DNA of 36,577 nucleotides from the NCBI GenBank assembly GCA_032718475.1, contig JAUCBJ010006128.1:1-36577 (forward strand), given 5' to 3'. The position numbers and the translations under genes are program-made. The DNA comes from Nemertoderma westbladi. Lineage: Eukaryota; Animalia; Xenacoelomorpha. This document shows positions 34,621 to 36,577 of the stretch, one piece after another. Each line of letters opens with the position of its first letter. The first letter of the stretch is position 1. The notes below the pieces were generated by a model. It was not told where the DNA came from. It was given only the letters and a program-made list of their open reading frames with translations, and made no database searches.

Positions 34621-34815
34621 TGACTAGAAGTATTAATGACACGTTAAATTATAAGTTCAAACCATTATTTTTATTTTATTTCGATGTGGGCTGCTTAAAT
34701 TACGGTTTTAAATTTGTCTTATTTTGAAATTTTCACAAATTTTTCACCAAATTCAAAGTGCTATAATTCTGGTTCTACAAATTGGGCCAGTCATAATTCG
34801 TTGTATAGTATTTAA
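34621..34815 (+). repeat. 195-bp direct repeat, copy 2
   Basis: Matches 34131-34325. Confidence 0.95.
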
Positions 34816-35071
34816 AAGGCTATCCATGTTTACTATAAACTTGTTTTTAGCAATGTCCCGGCATGTAGACCATAAATAATTTGAATTTAATTTGGACTGA
34901 ATTTCTGGAATTGCCAACTTTGACCAGCTTCTGATCTAATAAATAAAATCAACTAAAATTTTCAGCGATTTATATTAACATTATTTGCAACATATAAAAT
35001 AATTTTGAACCAAATCTCAGATATAGTGCCACCGATATTACATATGGATACTGGGGTTGTTAGAGCCCGGG

Positions 35072-36430
35072 GATACCGAGTTGTTAGCAATTTACCTTTC
35101 CCTAAAAAACTTATCTTGGTTACTGGGCTCGGAATTCACCATTAAGACAGACCACAAACCATTACTTAGAATATTAGCAATGAAAAACCCTATACCACAA
35201 CAAATTCGATGGATCTCATACATTTCTGAATTCAATTTCTCCATTGAACATATTTCAGGTTCATCTAATATAGTAGCAGACACTGTCAAGAACAACAGCA
35301 ACTATCACAGCGGAATTCGATGATTCACTAGCAGAAGCTCAGAATGCCGATCCTTCACTAAATATCGTTTTTCAGTAAAACTACATTACCATTGAAGAAA
35401 TTTCCAATAGGCGATAATTTTCTATGGTGTGACATTTCAACGGATCATATTCGACCATACATTCCAACAAATAGTCGTTTCCAATTCTTTATACAACTCC
35501 ACAATTTGTCACATTTGGGAAATCGTGCTACATACAAACTTATTTCCGAGAAACATATGGCCTGGAATGCGTAAAGACGTAAGTAAATGGTGCCGAGGAT
35601 GTCAAAAAAGCAAAATCATCCGACATACTAAATCCACTATTGGCTCCATTCCAACAACTGATCGATTTAATTCCCTACACAATTACACATAGACATAGTT
35701 GGACCACTACCTCCTTCAAACGGATATAATTATATGGTCACAATGGTAGATCGTTTTACGTGATGGCCCAATGTTGTACCAGTAACAAACATTGATACAA
35801 AAACTGTAATAAATGCTCTAATTGGTGAGCCGTTTTGGCGTTCCACAGGAGATAATTTCAGATAGAGGCTCACAGTTTGAGTCATGCATTTGGAGTGAAC
35901 TCATGAAACAACTTGGTATAATTCGTAAACGAACAACCGCCTACCATCCCCAAAGCAATGGTGCAGTGGAGCGTTTCCATCGCACTCTGAAGAATGCTTT
36001 GCGGGCACACGCAACTAATCAGAGCTGGTCAGAATCATTACCTTTAATTCTCCTTGGATTGCAAGCATCTATTAATGATCAAGGATATAGTCCATCACAA
36101 GTTTTATATGGTGGAAGTATAGCCTTCCTCATCAGTTTTTTGTGCCTACATAGAACTAAATCTTCCTAACGTACCTGACTATATGGAAAATTTATTCAAT
36201 ACTATTAACTTATTCGAAGGAAATCAACGACAACATAAATCATCTACATATATACCTTCAGCATTACATCAAACAACTCATATTTGGATACAAAATGATC
36301 GCAATAAATCAAGTCTTAGTGACCGTTACTCTGGACCTTACGAAGTTATAGACAGAGATGATAAAACGGTTACTATCGCTAAAGGAAATAAAACAGACAA
36401 AGTATCCATAGATCGCACAAAACCAGCTTT
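35072..36430 (+). pseudogene. pol: Ty3/Gypsy pol fragment (end of RNase H plus integrase)
   Basis: ELLAIY...TDHKPL...HISGSSNIVAD; HNLSHLG...CQKSK; HIDIVGPLPPSNGY...VDRFT; ISDRGSQFES; TTAYHPQSNGAVERFHRTLK; RYSGPYEV. Frameshifts and stops. Confidence 0.95.
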
Positions 36431-36577
36431 TGCAACATCTGGAGAGAATGAAACTTATGCAGACCATACAACCAGATGTAAAGACGCAGCAAATGAAACA
36501 ATTATTCCAAAGAATGATTATTCCAAGCGTTCAAGTACCAATGATAATTTAACTGATAATAATGAAAGAAAAACTGA

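Overview
AT-rich eukaryotic (probably invertebrate metazoan) DNA made almost entirely of decayed, nested transposable elements. The only intact host gene I can support is one tRNA-Leu(TAG). Recognisable TE pieces: hAT, piggyBac (a full-length decayed copy and a MITE), pogo-like, Kolobok/Mutator-like (PF20700-type), MULE foldback, IS3EU-type (TAYGG ends, 6-bp TSD, integrase core), KDZ/CxC-like, Sola2, Gypsy pol, several LINE fragments and a tRNA-derived CORE-like SINE. The most notable structure is 19.4-24.5 kb. An IS3EU-like end carries a 21-bp subterminal array that has taken three separate insertions, each with a clean TSD. It is followed by the N-half of a G2E3-like HECT ubiquitin-ligase gene, whose apparent continuation lies on the opposite strand to the left. 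An IS3EU-type transposase lies about 6 kb to the right. Together these suggest an IS3-like eukaryotic transposon carrying an E3 ligase cargo. A PWWP-like ORF linked to a dispersed repeat is at the window start. All family calls come from motif recognition by eye; no searches were run.
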